A stretch of 58,597 bases of DNA, filler included, from Diploschistes diacapsis (Eukaryota), in assembly GCA_023645945.1 (NCBI GenBank). It is 4 parts of 4 records of this genome, joined end to end, with 100 filler letters (N's around TTAATTAATTAA, not from the genome) between each part and the next. Parts side by side here need not be neighbours in the genome. Positions count along the whole stretch, not along the records: positions 1 to 14,588 come from JALAIB010000597.1; positions 14,689 to 29,270 come from JALAIB010000598.1; 2 more parts are not named here. The stretch is one strand, 5' to 3'. Below the pieces are notes generated by a model, which did not search any database, was not told where the DNA came from, and saw only the letters and a list, made by a program, of their open reading frames with translations. Below, piece by piece: positions 12,119 through 24,050 of this stretch (position 1 is the first letter of the stretch; every line of letters begins with the position of its first letter). Both the position numbers and the translations under genes were made by a program.

Positions 12119-12912
12119 ATGTCTCCCCCAATCCTCCTCTCTTTTTTCCCCCTTACAATTCTCCCGCTCGCCATCGCGCTTCCCGCCGCCATTCAGCCCG
12201 GTTTCACCACCTCCTCCCCAGCTCCAGCACTCTGTTCCCCGTCGTCCAACACATCCGCCCTCACGCTCGCCCTCAGCATCAACGACGCTTCCAACGAAGC
12301 CGCCGCCCTCCTCTACTCCAACACTTGCCAGTCCCTCTCTCCCATCGCCTTCTTCCCCAACAGTAGCGACGAGCCCTCTCCTATCGCTGCCTCAACACCA
12401 CGGCTGGATCTCTCGTCCTCACTGAAGTCAAACTCTCCCCTTCCACCAAGCAACAACAGTCTAACAACAGGCGCGGGGCTTCCTTCACAAACGGACATCG
12501 CAGGGCAAGATCAAGCGCAAGCCTCTACCCACACACTCACAACTCCCAACCGCAACCCAAGCCGCCTGGCTCTTCAACCATAGCTACCTTGACTACCGTG
12601 ACGATTAGCGCAGATGTAGCAGATGTGACAGCGTTAGCCAAGTGGCGGGCCCCATGCTCCGTACGCAATTGTGCTGGCGGATGTGGTGTGATTCCGCCGA
12701 GCTATACACCGCCAGTGGGGTGGGAGTCGAGTGTTGCGAGAAAGGATGGTGGGGAGGGACCGAAGACTGTGAATCCAGCTGGTGATATGCAGAAGGTGGA
12801 ATCGGAGGGAGTTGTTGGGTGGACGTTTGAGGGCAAGGGCTTCAAAAGGGTGTTGGTGGTGGAGAAGTTTTTCTTTTGGTGGGATAGGGGACAAGAGGGG
12901 CCTTTGATATGA
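12119..12912 (+). pseudogene. Possible secreted Ser/Pro/Thr-rich protein, split across two frames
   Basis: ORF 12119..12583 starts with a signal-peptide-like MSPPILLSFFPLTILPLAIALPA. A Cys-containing continuation (12589..12912, CSVRNCAGGCG) is in another frame and I found no clear intron between them. Confidence 0.35.
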
Positions 12913-14199
12913 TATTCGGTATAAGGGGATTGGTGATGTGTGGGAGTAGAGCTTTCAGTTGGGATTGGTGGTTCTGTTTGCTTTATTTTCCCTTGCAGTA
13001 GCGGTGAGGAGGAATTGGAGGGCAGAGCTGACTCGGCTGATATTCGATTGCTACCACACTTTTATCTTTTGTCGGTCAATAATGGCAGTTGTATGCTTGC
13101 GAATGATTAATAGAGGATTTCATAATGAAATAATGAAGTCTCGATTGCTGCCTGGGAATTCGATTTAACCGGTATGGCAGGTGTCTCGCCACATTGACCC
13201 ACTAGCACGTGAATCTCAACAACGGGCTTGGATGCTGCTGATCCGTATAGACTTTCGTCCTTGCAAGAAAGCTGCATCTAAATTAGAGTCAGGGTGTTCG
13301 GATGCAGGAAAAAGGAGCCGATGCGATTCGCTGACTTGGGCTGGACTTGGCGGACTTGGCGGAAATAGCGTCCGTCTGCGTGTCCGGGTGTCATACATAC
13401 ATCCCATCCATACGCTGGATTCCGAGCGGGCTAATGCAAGAATCCGAAGGTAACAACGGCTGCCCATGTCTCAAGGGTTCATCTTAAGGGTTCACGGCGT
13501 GCTATACTGATAAGGATTTATGTTCATACTGACCTGATCTACGAGACTACAGCCCCCAAACCTCAAACTCCAGGGTTGTTGAGATGTTAGCTGGCCCCAC
13601 TTCCCTTTAGTGGGAGGGGGGGCGAAAATCCTGCACGAAAGAGGGTGGGGGAACATCTACCGATAAGTGGTTGGTTGATAACTTGTTAACTTTATAAACC
13701 GCAGTATCCGCAAGTCTGCAGTGCACATTACCGACTAGGCTACTACTACCAAAAACAACTTTCTTGGCCGGCTTTGGTCTTACACCGGTCACTCTTGGCC
13801 GAACCAAAGAAGTCAAAAACCTGAAGTCGAGAGCGACCGAAGCATCATGCTGATACCGTGCATATTAGAATGATAGAGCTAGAGCCTCTATTAGCCCCGA
13901 TGTGCAAAGATTGACATAGCAGAAGAGCGAAGAAAGGCGGAAGGATCCTTCCCCGGCAGAGGCTCGATCTGGGAACTCCAGTAGCTTAAGGAAAAAGCAA
14001 ACAAAAAGGCTGCCACTAAGTTTCTCGGGGTAATGGAAAGTTCCCATTGTCTTGTCTTTAGTGCCTGATGTCCCACGCCAAGTACGGGAAGTTACCCACC
14101 CAAAAGCACAAGCCTGTTCCTTTCGCTGTGATCGTGCAGTTGAATATTATCAGTGTATTACTTACGGACTACTGCTAGTTATGTGGTAAGTGTTTCCCT

Positions 14200-14588
14200 T
14201 GCGGACCTGCTAGTTGTGGAACATTTTGTGTTTAGACATATTTTATTGTAATTTTCAATCTCCGCCTTACCAATGTCGCAGTTTATATAACAACAATCGC
14301 AAAGATTTATTAATGCCCATTTCACTCTTTCTATTTCGTTGTCAAAATCCTGATTTCAAAAAATAATTCAGATAGCTTTAGATCCCGCTGTTTAAATAAT
14401 TTACATCCGTTTCATTCATTTAATTTTTATTTATTTAGGCGAGTTAGAAGCTGATTTAATTTCGAATTCTGTTTTTTTCGTATTTAATTTTCAGCGTTGA
14501 AAATATAATTATTCTAACGTTATATCAGTAATCTCAGCCGATAATAATACGCAGGTTAAACATTTTCTATTATCAGTGAATATATATT
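14200..14588. repeat. AT-rich RIP-like relic at contig end
   Basis: Sharp rise in AT with many TpA and retained CpG, similar in texture to contig 4. Confidence 0.5.
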
Positions 14589-14688
14589 NNNNNNNNNNNN
14601 NNNNNNNNNNNNNNNNNNNNNNNNNNNNNNNNTTAATTAATTAANNNNNNNNNNNNNNNNNNNNNNNNNNNNNNNNNNNNNNNNNNNN
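14589..14688. other. Artificial contig-joining spacer
   Basis: N44-TTAATTAATTAA-N44, stops in all six frames. Confidence 0.99.
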
Positions 14689-14949
14689 GGGTTGGGTTGG
14701 AGCATGTGGGGGTTTGGAGGGGAGGAGGTGGAAGATGTTGAGAGAAGGCTTTTGGGAAGGCGTGTGGGTTGGAGGCTTCGGCGCGACGCTCGTGAGGCCA
14801 GACGGGATTGCTGCTTGGAGGGCGGTGGAGATGCCGGTGGGGTGGAAAGTCGGAGGAGGTGCTTTGAGGAGGTGTTGGTTGAGGTTGCGCAATTGAAGCA
14901 TATACAAGTGGGATATTGGCGGTGCATCGGTGCTGATTGGGTTCTATGA
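14689..14949 (+). pseudogene. 3' end of FAD-dependent aromatic monooxygenase (phenol hydroxylase/PheA-TfdB-like C-terminal domain), frameshifted and 5'-truncated
   Basis: GATLVRPDGIAAWRA matches the LVRPDGxVAWR C-terminal signature. Flanking pieces EVEDVERR / FGKACGLEAS / VESRRRCFEEVL lie in other frames. Confidence 0.6.
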
Positions 14950-15476
14950 TAGGAGTGGTGATGTTATTAAGACGACGAAGCTGGATGTGGGATGTGGTAG
15001 TAGCCGAGAGTCCTTGGAATGGGTCAAGATGACATGGCAGAACCGGCGTGTAGCAAAACCCCGAGAATAGAGAACGTGTCTGAGATACGCAAGCTATATA
15101 GTATACGTTGTCCACCGCACTTGCCCCCATATGCAAGGACATGAAATATATGAACAGGCCCGTCTTTGCTTTTCCATATAGGGTCCCGCAAGCAAACCCG
15201 ACATGTTCCACAAGCAACGTGAAGCATCTCCGTCGGTCGGTCGCGCCTGAGCATTGTGTCTCCGGAAAGTCTCTCCCGAATGTTCGAAACAGGCCAAAAG
15301 GCAAACGCGTAACTTGCACAGTTCTTGTCCGATAAAAAAAACAGAAGATGGCACTGGAAAGTATAAAAAAAAATCCTTATGCGAAAGAGACGGGGGGGGG
15401 CTTAAGAAGATGGAGCTATCATGTGGTGGGCGGGTATTTACATGCAGACATATATGAAGCAGGAATTCTCCCCTGC

Positions 15477-17502
15477 TCAGCCTCGTTTCCTTGGCCTCTT
15501 TCCCGTGTCGATGTAGACCTCGCTCAGTCTGGCGTCGTCAGAGATATCCTCCGGCGCTTCCAGGGTGCTCGTGACGATGATGCTGACTCTGTCACAGTCC
15601 GTTCCGGTCGAAGTGCTACGTGCTGCTAGCTCGAGAAGGCGCGGTATCAGCTTGTCTTGCACGTCTCCGTCTTCGTCGGGGAGCACCTTCTCGATGCGAT
15701 CGATGATCAAGAATATTTCTCTGGTGAGTGTCGCCAGCTGCGCGAAGATGCTCCAGAGTCGGTCGAAGTTTGTTGCGTTCCGGAATCGATACTCGTTGAA
15801 GAGGCGTGGGTGCTGAAAGGCCAACTGCGGGTGCTGGCTCAGAAGTTGCGATATCAACTTCTTTATCAACGTGCTTGGCGTCAGGAAGCGTATATCTGCC
15901 GTGTTGTTGCAAAGTGTGTAGAGCAAGGTAAGTTCTTGTGTACTAAAGGCTTCGATCATGTCAAGCGCAAATGGTGTGATCCATGAGTCTTGATTGCCCG
16001 AAGAGCCGCCGATCCATAGTAGAGTGCGGCATCCGCTGCTGGACCAGACGACGAGCTCTTGAAGGACCCCGTTCTCGTCCCACGTATCCTTGGGTGTAAG
16101 AGAAAAGTCTTGAGACCGTGCTCTTACGAGGTCCTCGTTGTCTACGTCCTCCAACGAAGGGCCCAAAGTCAGTATCATCTGACGAAGCGAAAACGCGTAC
16201 TTGAAGGACTCGAATTCGAGAAGTTCTATTTTGTGAGTCCATTACGGTTTTTGGGGTCTGGTGTGTACCTTACGATCAGTCCGAACTTGAATAGCGTCGA
16301 TCTTGTGATTCAGAAATGCCATACTTTGACCCAAAGCGGCTGTGGTGCCTTCGAGGTTCTGGTGAATTCGAGCAACGACTGCAAGATCGCGTTAGTACGA
16401 CTCTTCGATAAACATATCCCATGAAAATCGATAATGATATATCATTTGTCGAAGAGGAAATAGGGAGCAAGGTTGCGGGAGCCCTCCCTCATGTCGCCTA
16501 CCATGACCAGCATCTTGAAGCATATTATTCATGTCACTCTGCTGAGCTACATTCGCTACTGTCTTCAGAGAATTCAGACGGTCGATTGCGCGGTCAATGT
16601 CTTGAATTTGCTGATGAAACTTGCCTTCTTTGGGGCGGATGACAGCGTCCAAGAGTTTACCTGCGATGGTCAGCGGCATAATCCCATACGGAATTAGTCT
16701 CAGAGAAGCCCACTGAGTCTACCGCCACGGAAGTATATCAGCGCGTCTTCCAAAAGCTTGGTCAGACCTACATAGATAGAGGCCACTGCAAGCTTCATAT
16801 CATATGTAGGGAAAATGTTCTTATAGAAATCAATGACTGGGAGACGATCGACCAAGGATTGAATAAAGGATATTAAGGTGTCTTCGCGCTCCTTCTTAGC
16901 CACTACAGTCTATTGCCAGCAAGCACTGATGTCAGCGCGACTCGAGCAACACAACAGGTGAGCGACATTGTAGCGCATGATGCAGAATGTGCAAACCTTG
17001 AAAATAAGCATGATGACACCAAACGTCACAGTATATTCGGGACTTTGGGGGAGAAGTGTTGTCACTATGCCAGAAGCTTTCACCGCAAAGTCACAGAACC
17101 CATTGATGAAATCTGCAGTGCGTTTCTCAGCTACAGATTTGTGGGTTTTCTGCTGTATCTGCGCTGCAACTTCGTTCATCTTGGCTAAGACGGTATCGAT
17201 ACCGCGCGTAGCCTCCAAGTCCCTGATCTCTGCGGGAGTCAGGATGTTTAGTAAACGTTCTTTGGAGGCGAGGCATGTTTGATAAGCGCTTGCATAGAAG
17301 CTTCAACCCATCAGGTTCTATGTTCCAGAATCGTTCGGGTATTCCAAGCGTACCAGAAATCCGTTCCCGGCTCGTACCATGTCGCGCTACCCGTTGTGTT
17401 TGGCTCGGACAAACGACTTACAGCCTCCTCCGTCGTGCGGCGACTAGACGCGCTAAAGAGGGTGATGTGGTTCTCATCTTCAGCACGGCTTATCATAGAC
17501 AT
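15477..17502 (-). CDS. NACHT-like (STAND) protein, about 550 aa: N-terminal helical domain (DUF7708-like) plus degenerate P-loop, no C-terminal repeats
   Basis: Six exons splice in frame with GT..AG introns (junctions DF/CFYASAY, IFK/TVVAKK, GRL/SKLLD, GH/VVARI, TD/QLLEF). Contains FYKNIFPTYDMKLAVASIY, LLWIGGSSGNQDSW (Walker A position), LIKKLISQLL, IFLIIDRIE (Walker B position) and VSIIVTS. Confidence 0.75.
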
Positions 17503-17816
17503 TGCGATCCGGTACTAGTCAGGTAGAACTAATATAGGTATGAACGGATACGGAGTACAGCTCCTTTATGGATCTTGTAGAGATGGGGAGGAAATCGGGC
17601 TGGAAGCAGAGAAGCTCGATGAAGATGCATATCCTGCGGAACTAGGAAATCTTGGTTAGCTATTTCTCAATAACCTCAGCTCTCTTTGCTAGATCGGACT
17701 AATGGAGATGCTTGTCGCACTTTATAGCTTCCCTTCGGCGGCATACACTGATAGCATTGAGGATGGCGGTGCAGATTAATTAGTCATGAACACAACCACC
17801 TCGATAGGCCCGGGTA

Positions 17817-18026
17817 ACGTGTTTCACCACTTAACGGATCACACCACAAAGCGGCTCACAATCCCTGCACCTTCGTAAAATGTATTTCTTAACATTGTCA
17901 CCTTTCGTACAAATAATTTTATGAGTGGTTGTGGGGCTCAAAAGTTCGTTTAAAACTATCTAGCGCATCTACATTATAATGTAGTGAGCCGCTTTGTGGT
18001 GTGATCCGTTAAGTGGTGAAACACGT
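17817..18026. mobile_element. MITE, Tc1/mariner-pogo (Fot1/Pot2-like) non-autonomous element, 210 bp
   Basis: Perfect 43-bp TIRs ACGTGTTTCACCACTTAACGGATCACACCACAAAGCGGCTCAC at 17817-17859 and reverse complement at 17984-18026, flanked by TA on both sides (17815-16, 18027-28). AT-rich non-coding core. Confidence 0.92.
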
Positions 18027-18315
18027 TAAGCCTTGCTCTAACGTAAAATTCAATCTAAAGAGCGGGGGCTGGCGAACAAGGTATATACTGGGGCAGCAAA
18101 TGATTGCGCTGCCAGGCGAACACCGCGATTGCCAATCGAGCAGCTCGAAGAACTCACTCCTATTCTTGCACCTCAATGTCTCGCATCAAGTGACTTTGAT
18201 GGACATCTAGGCATGCGTTAGGCTCTTTATTAAAGGGAAGTATTCTATGTATATATGAGAGAGCTTGAGTTTGGTGTAGTTGGCTACCCTGAGTACTCCT
18301 GCACATTATTGAAAC

Positions 18316-20895
18316 ATGAACGAGACACAGATGGAGACCGTGCTGGGAAGCGATGCCCGTGCTACGCTTGGGGTATGTTCTTTCACTGGTTGACCTAGCA
18401 TACTGATGCAAGTCCCGCAGAATTGCCATTGTTGCTGCTGCCAGCAACTCAATGGGCACAACAAGGCCAATGGCGAAGGCGACAACAAGCCAGGGGAGAG
18501 CTCCACTTCCACCGCAGAAAGCAAAGAAGCGGAAGGACAGGAGAAGAAGCCAAGCTCGAGAATAGGACGGCTTACATATGATCAAACAATTGACCAGAGT
18601 TCATACGTTGATGAAGCAGATAGGAAAAGCAAGCTCCAAGATGCTGACAATCTTGAAAAGCGATTTGTCTTGACCGTTGGTACCCGAGACAAATTCGGGG
18701 TAGTCAAAGAGAATGATGAGGTCCGCATCCTCTCGCCATTTGTGATAAGATTATTCAAGGATGTGATTCCAAGGTACCCACAGGTTACCTATGGGAACAC
18801 TCATATCGCGATAGCCAAGCCATACGAGGCGTTTTATCACTACTTCGAGACGCTGAAGGAACGTACAAAGAACTTTGCTGTTGAGAATGGTGAGAACCGG
18901 AACGACTTTGAAGTACTGGAGCAATGGTATGAGAAGGATCTAAAGCCTGGATTCGAACATATCAGAGGGTTGATAGGCCAAGGCAATATCCGGTTTGAAC
19001 ATTTGTGGGCCATTTTCCGCCCCGAGTCTCTGGTCCTAACACTTGACAAGTTCGATGAGCCACAGCTGAATGTGGTCATCAACTCTAGGTTCGAAAGCAC
19101 ATCATGGAGGCCCGGGATAAATCATTCCATGGGCGTGTGCGCTGTAGAGTTATGGTTCGTTGTCTGGGATCGCTCCTCACGCTCCTTTACCCGCAATTTT
19201 CGAACGGAAGAGATAGGGGGGTATTCGGGCACGAAGCAGATTCTGTCATTACCCACATACCCAATAGCATATCACAGCGAAGAAATTGCCGTTCGTGGAA
19301 AGGCATGGAAGCTGTTAGATTATCTTCAATGGAGAGGCAAAGAATACCAAAAGCTCGTTTCACCCCAGTCAATTACAATGTACCACAAAGGAATTGCGCG
19401 AGGATTCAGCTCTTCTCATACACTTACTTTCGTGGATGGGAGGGTAATCGTCGATCAGGACGAGGGAGAAGCACTAAATCCCAGTACGCGCTATCTGTCG
19501 GACCCTGAGGACTCTGCAAAGAGGCCTCAGCCTATGAAAGGGACCTCAAAGGACGAGAGGTACGCTGCATGGGATCGCTTTGCTGCAGATAGTCCGTTGG
19601 AGGTGTTGCAAGCACAGCTTTGCCCTTCCCATGTTTTCTGCTTTTCTCTAGAGACACTAGATTGGTATACAGTCCTCATTAACAACTTGACGCCAGCCGA
19701 GTGGACAAATACCGCGTTCGATCACCTGGTTCTGGAAGAGTCAACCAAGAAAATGCTAAAGGGTCTCGTAGAGCAGCACAAGAGGAATAAGGAAAATGTT
19801 CTTAGCGATGTGATTGAGAACAAAGGAAAGGGCCTTATCGTTGTTCTTCACGGTCCTCCGGGTGTCGGGAAAACACTGACAGCAGGTGGGTTTGGTTTCT
19901 TCAGTCTACCTAACTTGCTACCAAGTAGTAACAATGTTCGATACCCTAAGAGGTTCAGAACGTGTCCTGGAGCACTCTGTGAAGCAATTTTCATTGCGGT
20001 AGAGTTGCTTCTGGTGCCTCCCACAAAGGTATATATCTTTAACCTGATGCTAACATCATCCTCAGAAAGTGTAGCAGAATACACCCAGAAACCCCTCTAC
20101 CAAATCAACGTCGGCGATATTACCGGAGGTGATGCTGATAACTCACCTTTCGGCTACAAGCATTCCCCCTCCCGTGCCTCAATCGAGCATATCTTCAAAC
20201 GAGCTTCACGTTGGGATGCCGTAATGCTCATCGACGAAGCAGGTAAGCCTTAACCCCGGCCTCATTCTCTTCCTCATTCCCGTCCTCGTCCTGCTCTCCT
20301 CCTCTCGGCCCCGCCCCCAACTTCGACCACGACCTCGCTTTTACTTTACCTCATATAACTCACCAACTAACCCTCCCACCCGGCAGACGTGATCCTCGAG
20401 AAGCGCTCCCTCGAAGATTTCCAGCGCAACACCATCGTCTCCGTCTTCCTCCGCGCCCTGGAATACTACAAGGGCATCCTCTTTATCACCACGAACCGGC
20501 TACGCACAATGGACACGGCCTTTCAGTCGCGCATCCACATCGCCATTAAGCTCGGTGCCCTCTCGCCGGACGTCCGGCGGCAGATTTGGGTGCGCTTCAT
20601 CGACCGCCTCGATGCCTCCGAGGCGCGCGCTAAAAAGGAGCTACGTGAGCGCCTCGACAATCTGCAGGAGTGGAACCTCAATGGCAGGCAGATTAGGAAT
20701 GTGATTATGATTGCACAGAGTTTGAGTTTTAGTGCGGAGAGGAGGAGGGGCGCGCTAAGATTTGACGATGTGGAGGAGGTAGCGAATAAGACGATTGAAT
20801 TTCAGGACTTTTTCGAGGAGGATCAGGCGGAGCGGAGAGGCCAGTTGAGGGATGTGCCCAATCGGAGGTTTAGGAAGTATGATGCTGCTGGATAG
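18316..20895 (+). CDS. Fungal AAA+ ATPase with N-terminal DUF7025-like region
   Basis: Exons 18316-18372, 18421-19885, 20066-20242, 20387-20895. Motifs IRFEHLWAIFRP, GRVIVD, AFDHLVL, Walker A LHGPPGVGKTLTAESVAE, Walker B VMLIDEAD, FLRALEYYKGILFITTNR, AFQSRIH, LNGRQIRN. Confidence 0.9.
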
Positions 20896-21290
20896 AGGCG
20901 GGGCGACGGAAAGCGAGAGATTGATCGAGAAAAGGGAATGTACAATGTGAGACGTATTCACAAGGATGGGCTTTCAAACGGGTAATATAATCACAATGCG
21001 TACCGCCTAGGGACATTCGAGCCGCACGGCGTCTTCAGAAATACTTCATGGCCATGAGAGAAAGGTGAAGTTGATTGGTCTAAACGGATGGTAGGCATCT
21101 AGCGGAGAGCTTCAACTATGTATACGAATGGCGCGGTGATGACATGACTGCACCGCTCCATTCACAGTAGGGGTTGATAATCTCCATTATGTGAATACAG
21201 TCTAGAATCATGAGTCATAAGAGTGCTTTAACAACGCATACAGATGCCTTGCAAACAAACCACTTTTAAAATAAAGACTCTCATGCTACC

Positions 21291-24050
21291 TTATGATCGG
21301 TCCATAGCAGCGAGCCTGATACTCACCGCCCGGCGATGCGCTTCGAGCTTCTCCACTTTCGCAAGCTGCATCACGGTGCCGCCCACGTTGCGCAGGCCCT
21401 GTTCGGTCAGGTTCGAGCTTGTGATATGTTTTGTGAACGAGGCCAGATTAACGCCAGAGTATTGCTTAGCATAGCCATATGTCGCTGCAAAGGGAACAGT
21501 CAGCCAAATATAGATACTTGACAAACTTACAGCCAGTGCAAATGCAGAGAATGGGAGAACAGGAGCCCTTACGTAGGGAGTGGTTCACACCAGCTGAATA
21601 ATCGCCAACGCTTTCGGGTGTCCACTTGCCGACGAAGACGCTCCCGGCATTCTCCACCATACCCAACACCTTCTCCGCTCCTTCAACCTGCAGTATGAGA
21701 TGCTCGGGCGCGTACTCGTTGCTCAAACGCATGGCTTCGTGGATGTCCTGCGTGACGAGCGTGACGGAATGCTCGATAGCGCCGCGCACGATATCTACTC
21801 TTGGTAGAGCATTAGCTTGCCTATGTAGCTCATCTTCAATAGCCTGCAGCTGTTCTTCGTTAAGGTCCACCGCTATGCAAATAACCTGCGAATCCGTCCC
21901 GTGCTCAGCCTGCGACAGCAGATCAGCTGCAACAAAAGCAGGGTTTGCCGTCTTGTCCGCAACTACGAGGACTTCGCTCGGACCTGCAGGCATGTCGACA
22001 GCAACTCGAGCAGTGGTATCGTTCGACACTAGCATCTTGGCAGCCGTGACAAATTGGTTCCCTGGGCCGAGGATCTTGTCGACTTTGGTAATGCTTTTCG
22101 TCCCATAGGCCATTGCCGCTATTGCTTGAGCTCCTCCAGCTAGGACGATACTATGCGCTCCAACCTTGTGGGCAGCATAGACGACCTCGGGTGTCAGCGT
22201 TCCATCTGCACGTGGGGGCGATGCCAGTACGATATTCTTGCATCCAGCGACCATGGCAGGTATTCCCAGCATCAGGGCAGTTGAAGGTAGTACTGCTGTA
22301 CCCCCAGGTACATAAAGACCTACTCGCTCTATGGGTTTAGAGAACCGAGAGCAAACAACACCGGGCATGGTCTCGACATGTAAGGGTTTATCTTCCTTTT
22401 GTGCGGCGTGAAATTTCCGGATGTTATCGAAACTTGTATCCATGGCAGCAACTGTCTCGGGTGGAATTTGCATTAACTTCTCGGGAAATGGGGCGTGGAG
22501 GACGGGGGATTTGAGCGAAGTGGCTTTCTCAAACCTATGAGTGTATTCCAATACCGCCGAATCGCCTTCTGTCTGTACTTTGTCAATGATAGGTTTGACG
22601 ATGTTCATAATCTCGTCTGTAGATCTTTGGGAGGGTCTCTTCAAGGCTTCTCTGAGAACGGCAGGCTCGGTTTTCGAGGTCACATAGCGTGTCATCTGAA
22701 TCCGTCCATCTTTAAGGCCGGAATTGTCATCCTGAGTTTTGGGTATAGATGCGGCTTCTTTGAATGTCTTCTTAGAAGGAAGTTCATCGCTCGACGTGGG
22801 GATAGTAGTCGCATTGGCGAGGCCGACCTTATCTGCCCACTGAGGTTTTGCGTCACCTTTCCTTCGAGTTGTCTTCAGACTTTTGAGGTCGAGATTCTTC
22901 TCAACATCCGACAAGCTGACACCTGCGGCCATGCATCGGGCTAAGGCAAAGTAGAGCAAGTCAGCTGCTTCCGCTGCGACATCATCTTTGGATTGCGCTT
23001 CACACAATTCGTTCGCTTCTTCCATAATTTTCGCCTGGAGTAATTTTGAATCACTAAACAGTCTCGCAGTATATGAGCCTCGTGGAGCAGATATCTTACG
23101 CTGACTCAAAGTATTTTCCAATCGTGCCAAGCCGTGATAATCGCCGAAGCAAGTCGCTGTTTGCAAATGACAAAAGCCTAGATAATTAGAAAGATGAGAT
23201 GAAATAAGAGAATTCCCCTACCTTTTCCTTTCTGTCTAACAGTAAAGAGAAGAGCGTCACCGTCACAATCTAAGCCGATCCTTACCAGTTCCTGAACATC
23301 TCCGCTGGTCTCCCCTTTATACCATAGGCCCCTTTCACGGCTTTGGTACACACCTTTTCCAGTCCTCAAGGATTCCCGAATGCTTTCAGGACTGCTATAA
23401 ACAAGGCCAAGGCTGGTCCCGTGTTCATCGGAAACAATGGTAGTGTATAGCTCGTCCGGTCTGTCTGTCTTTAAAGCAGCAATAACTAGCGATTCTGGAG
23501 CGATTGTGATTGATTCTGGAATTCGTCCCGAGCTGATCAGAGAAGATGGAATTACAGGAACATATCCAGCCTTTATGGCTCTGCTCAAAACTTGTTGCGT
23601 ATGCTCTTTCAGAGAAACATACACCTTGGGTATTCCCGCTGGAAATTTGAGGTCGGTAAGATTTGGCAACGTCTCTATACCGGATAGGTAAACGCCAAAA
23701 TTCAGCGGTTGCACTGCGAAGGCCTCGAGCTTCTCCTCTACTCTGTCAAGAGAACCTTCAAGAGCCACAATGAGCCTTTCCACACCGTGCAGCAGACCAT
23801 CTTGCTGGATCTCCTGGAACTGGCTTTGTGAAACTATGGCTTTTGTGGCGCCACTGTCCAGGATAGCAATGGCATCCTTGGCTTCCAGTGCTACAGCACT
23901 GGCATAGATTGTGTTAGTGTGAAAATTCTTCCGAAGGAATCTTGACGCAGTGTCAACGGAGGAGGGCTCGATATAGACATGTCCAAGATATTGAAAAGGT
24001 TGCTCAACTGGCTGATCGCAGGCCATTTGCACCAGAAACCTCTCACCCAT
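21291..24050 (-). CDS. HIS4: Trifunctional histidine biosynthesis protein (PRA-CH / PRA-PH / histidinol dehydrogenase; Neurospora his-3 type)
   Basis: Exons 24050-23222, 23177-21573, 21484-21291. Motifs GVYQSRERGLWYKGETSG, DCDGDAL, GFCHL, GSYTARLF, KIMEEANEL, GLYVPGGTAVLPST, DMPAGPSEV, SQAEHG, YAPEHL, GDYSAGVNHSLPTYGYA. Confidence 0.97.

Noticed and set aside
14633..14644. TTAATTAATTAA palindrome recurring three times at ~14.7-kb spacing, and ORFs running into the Ns
   Set aside because: Artificial six-frame-stop linker between concatenated contigs.
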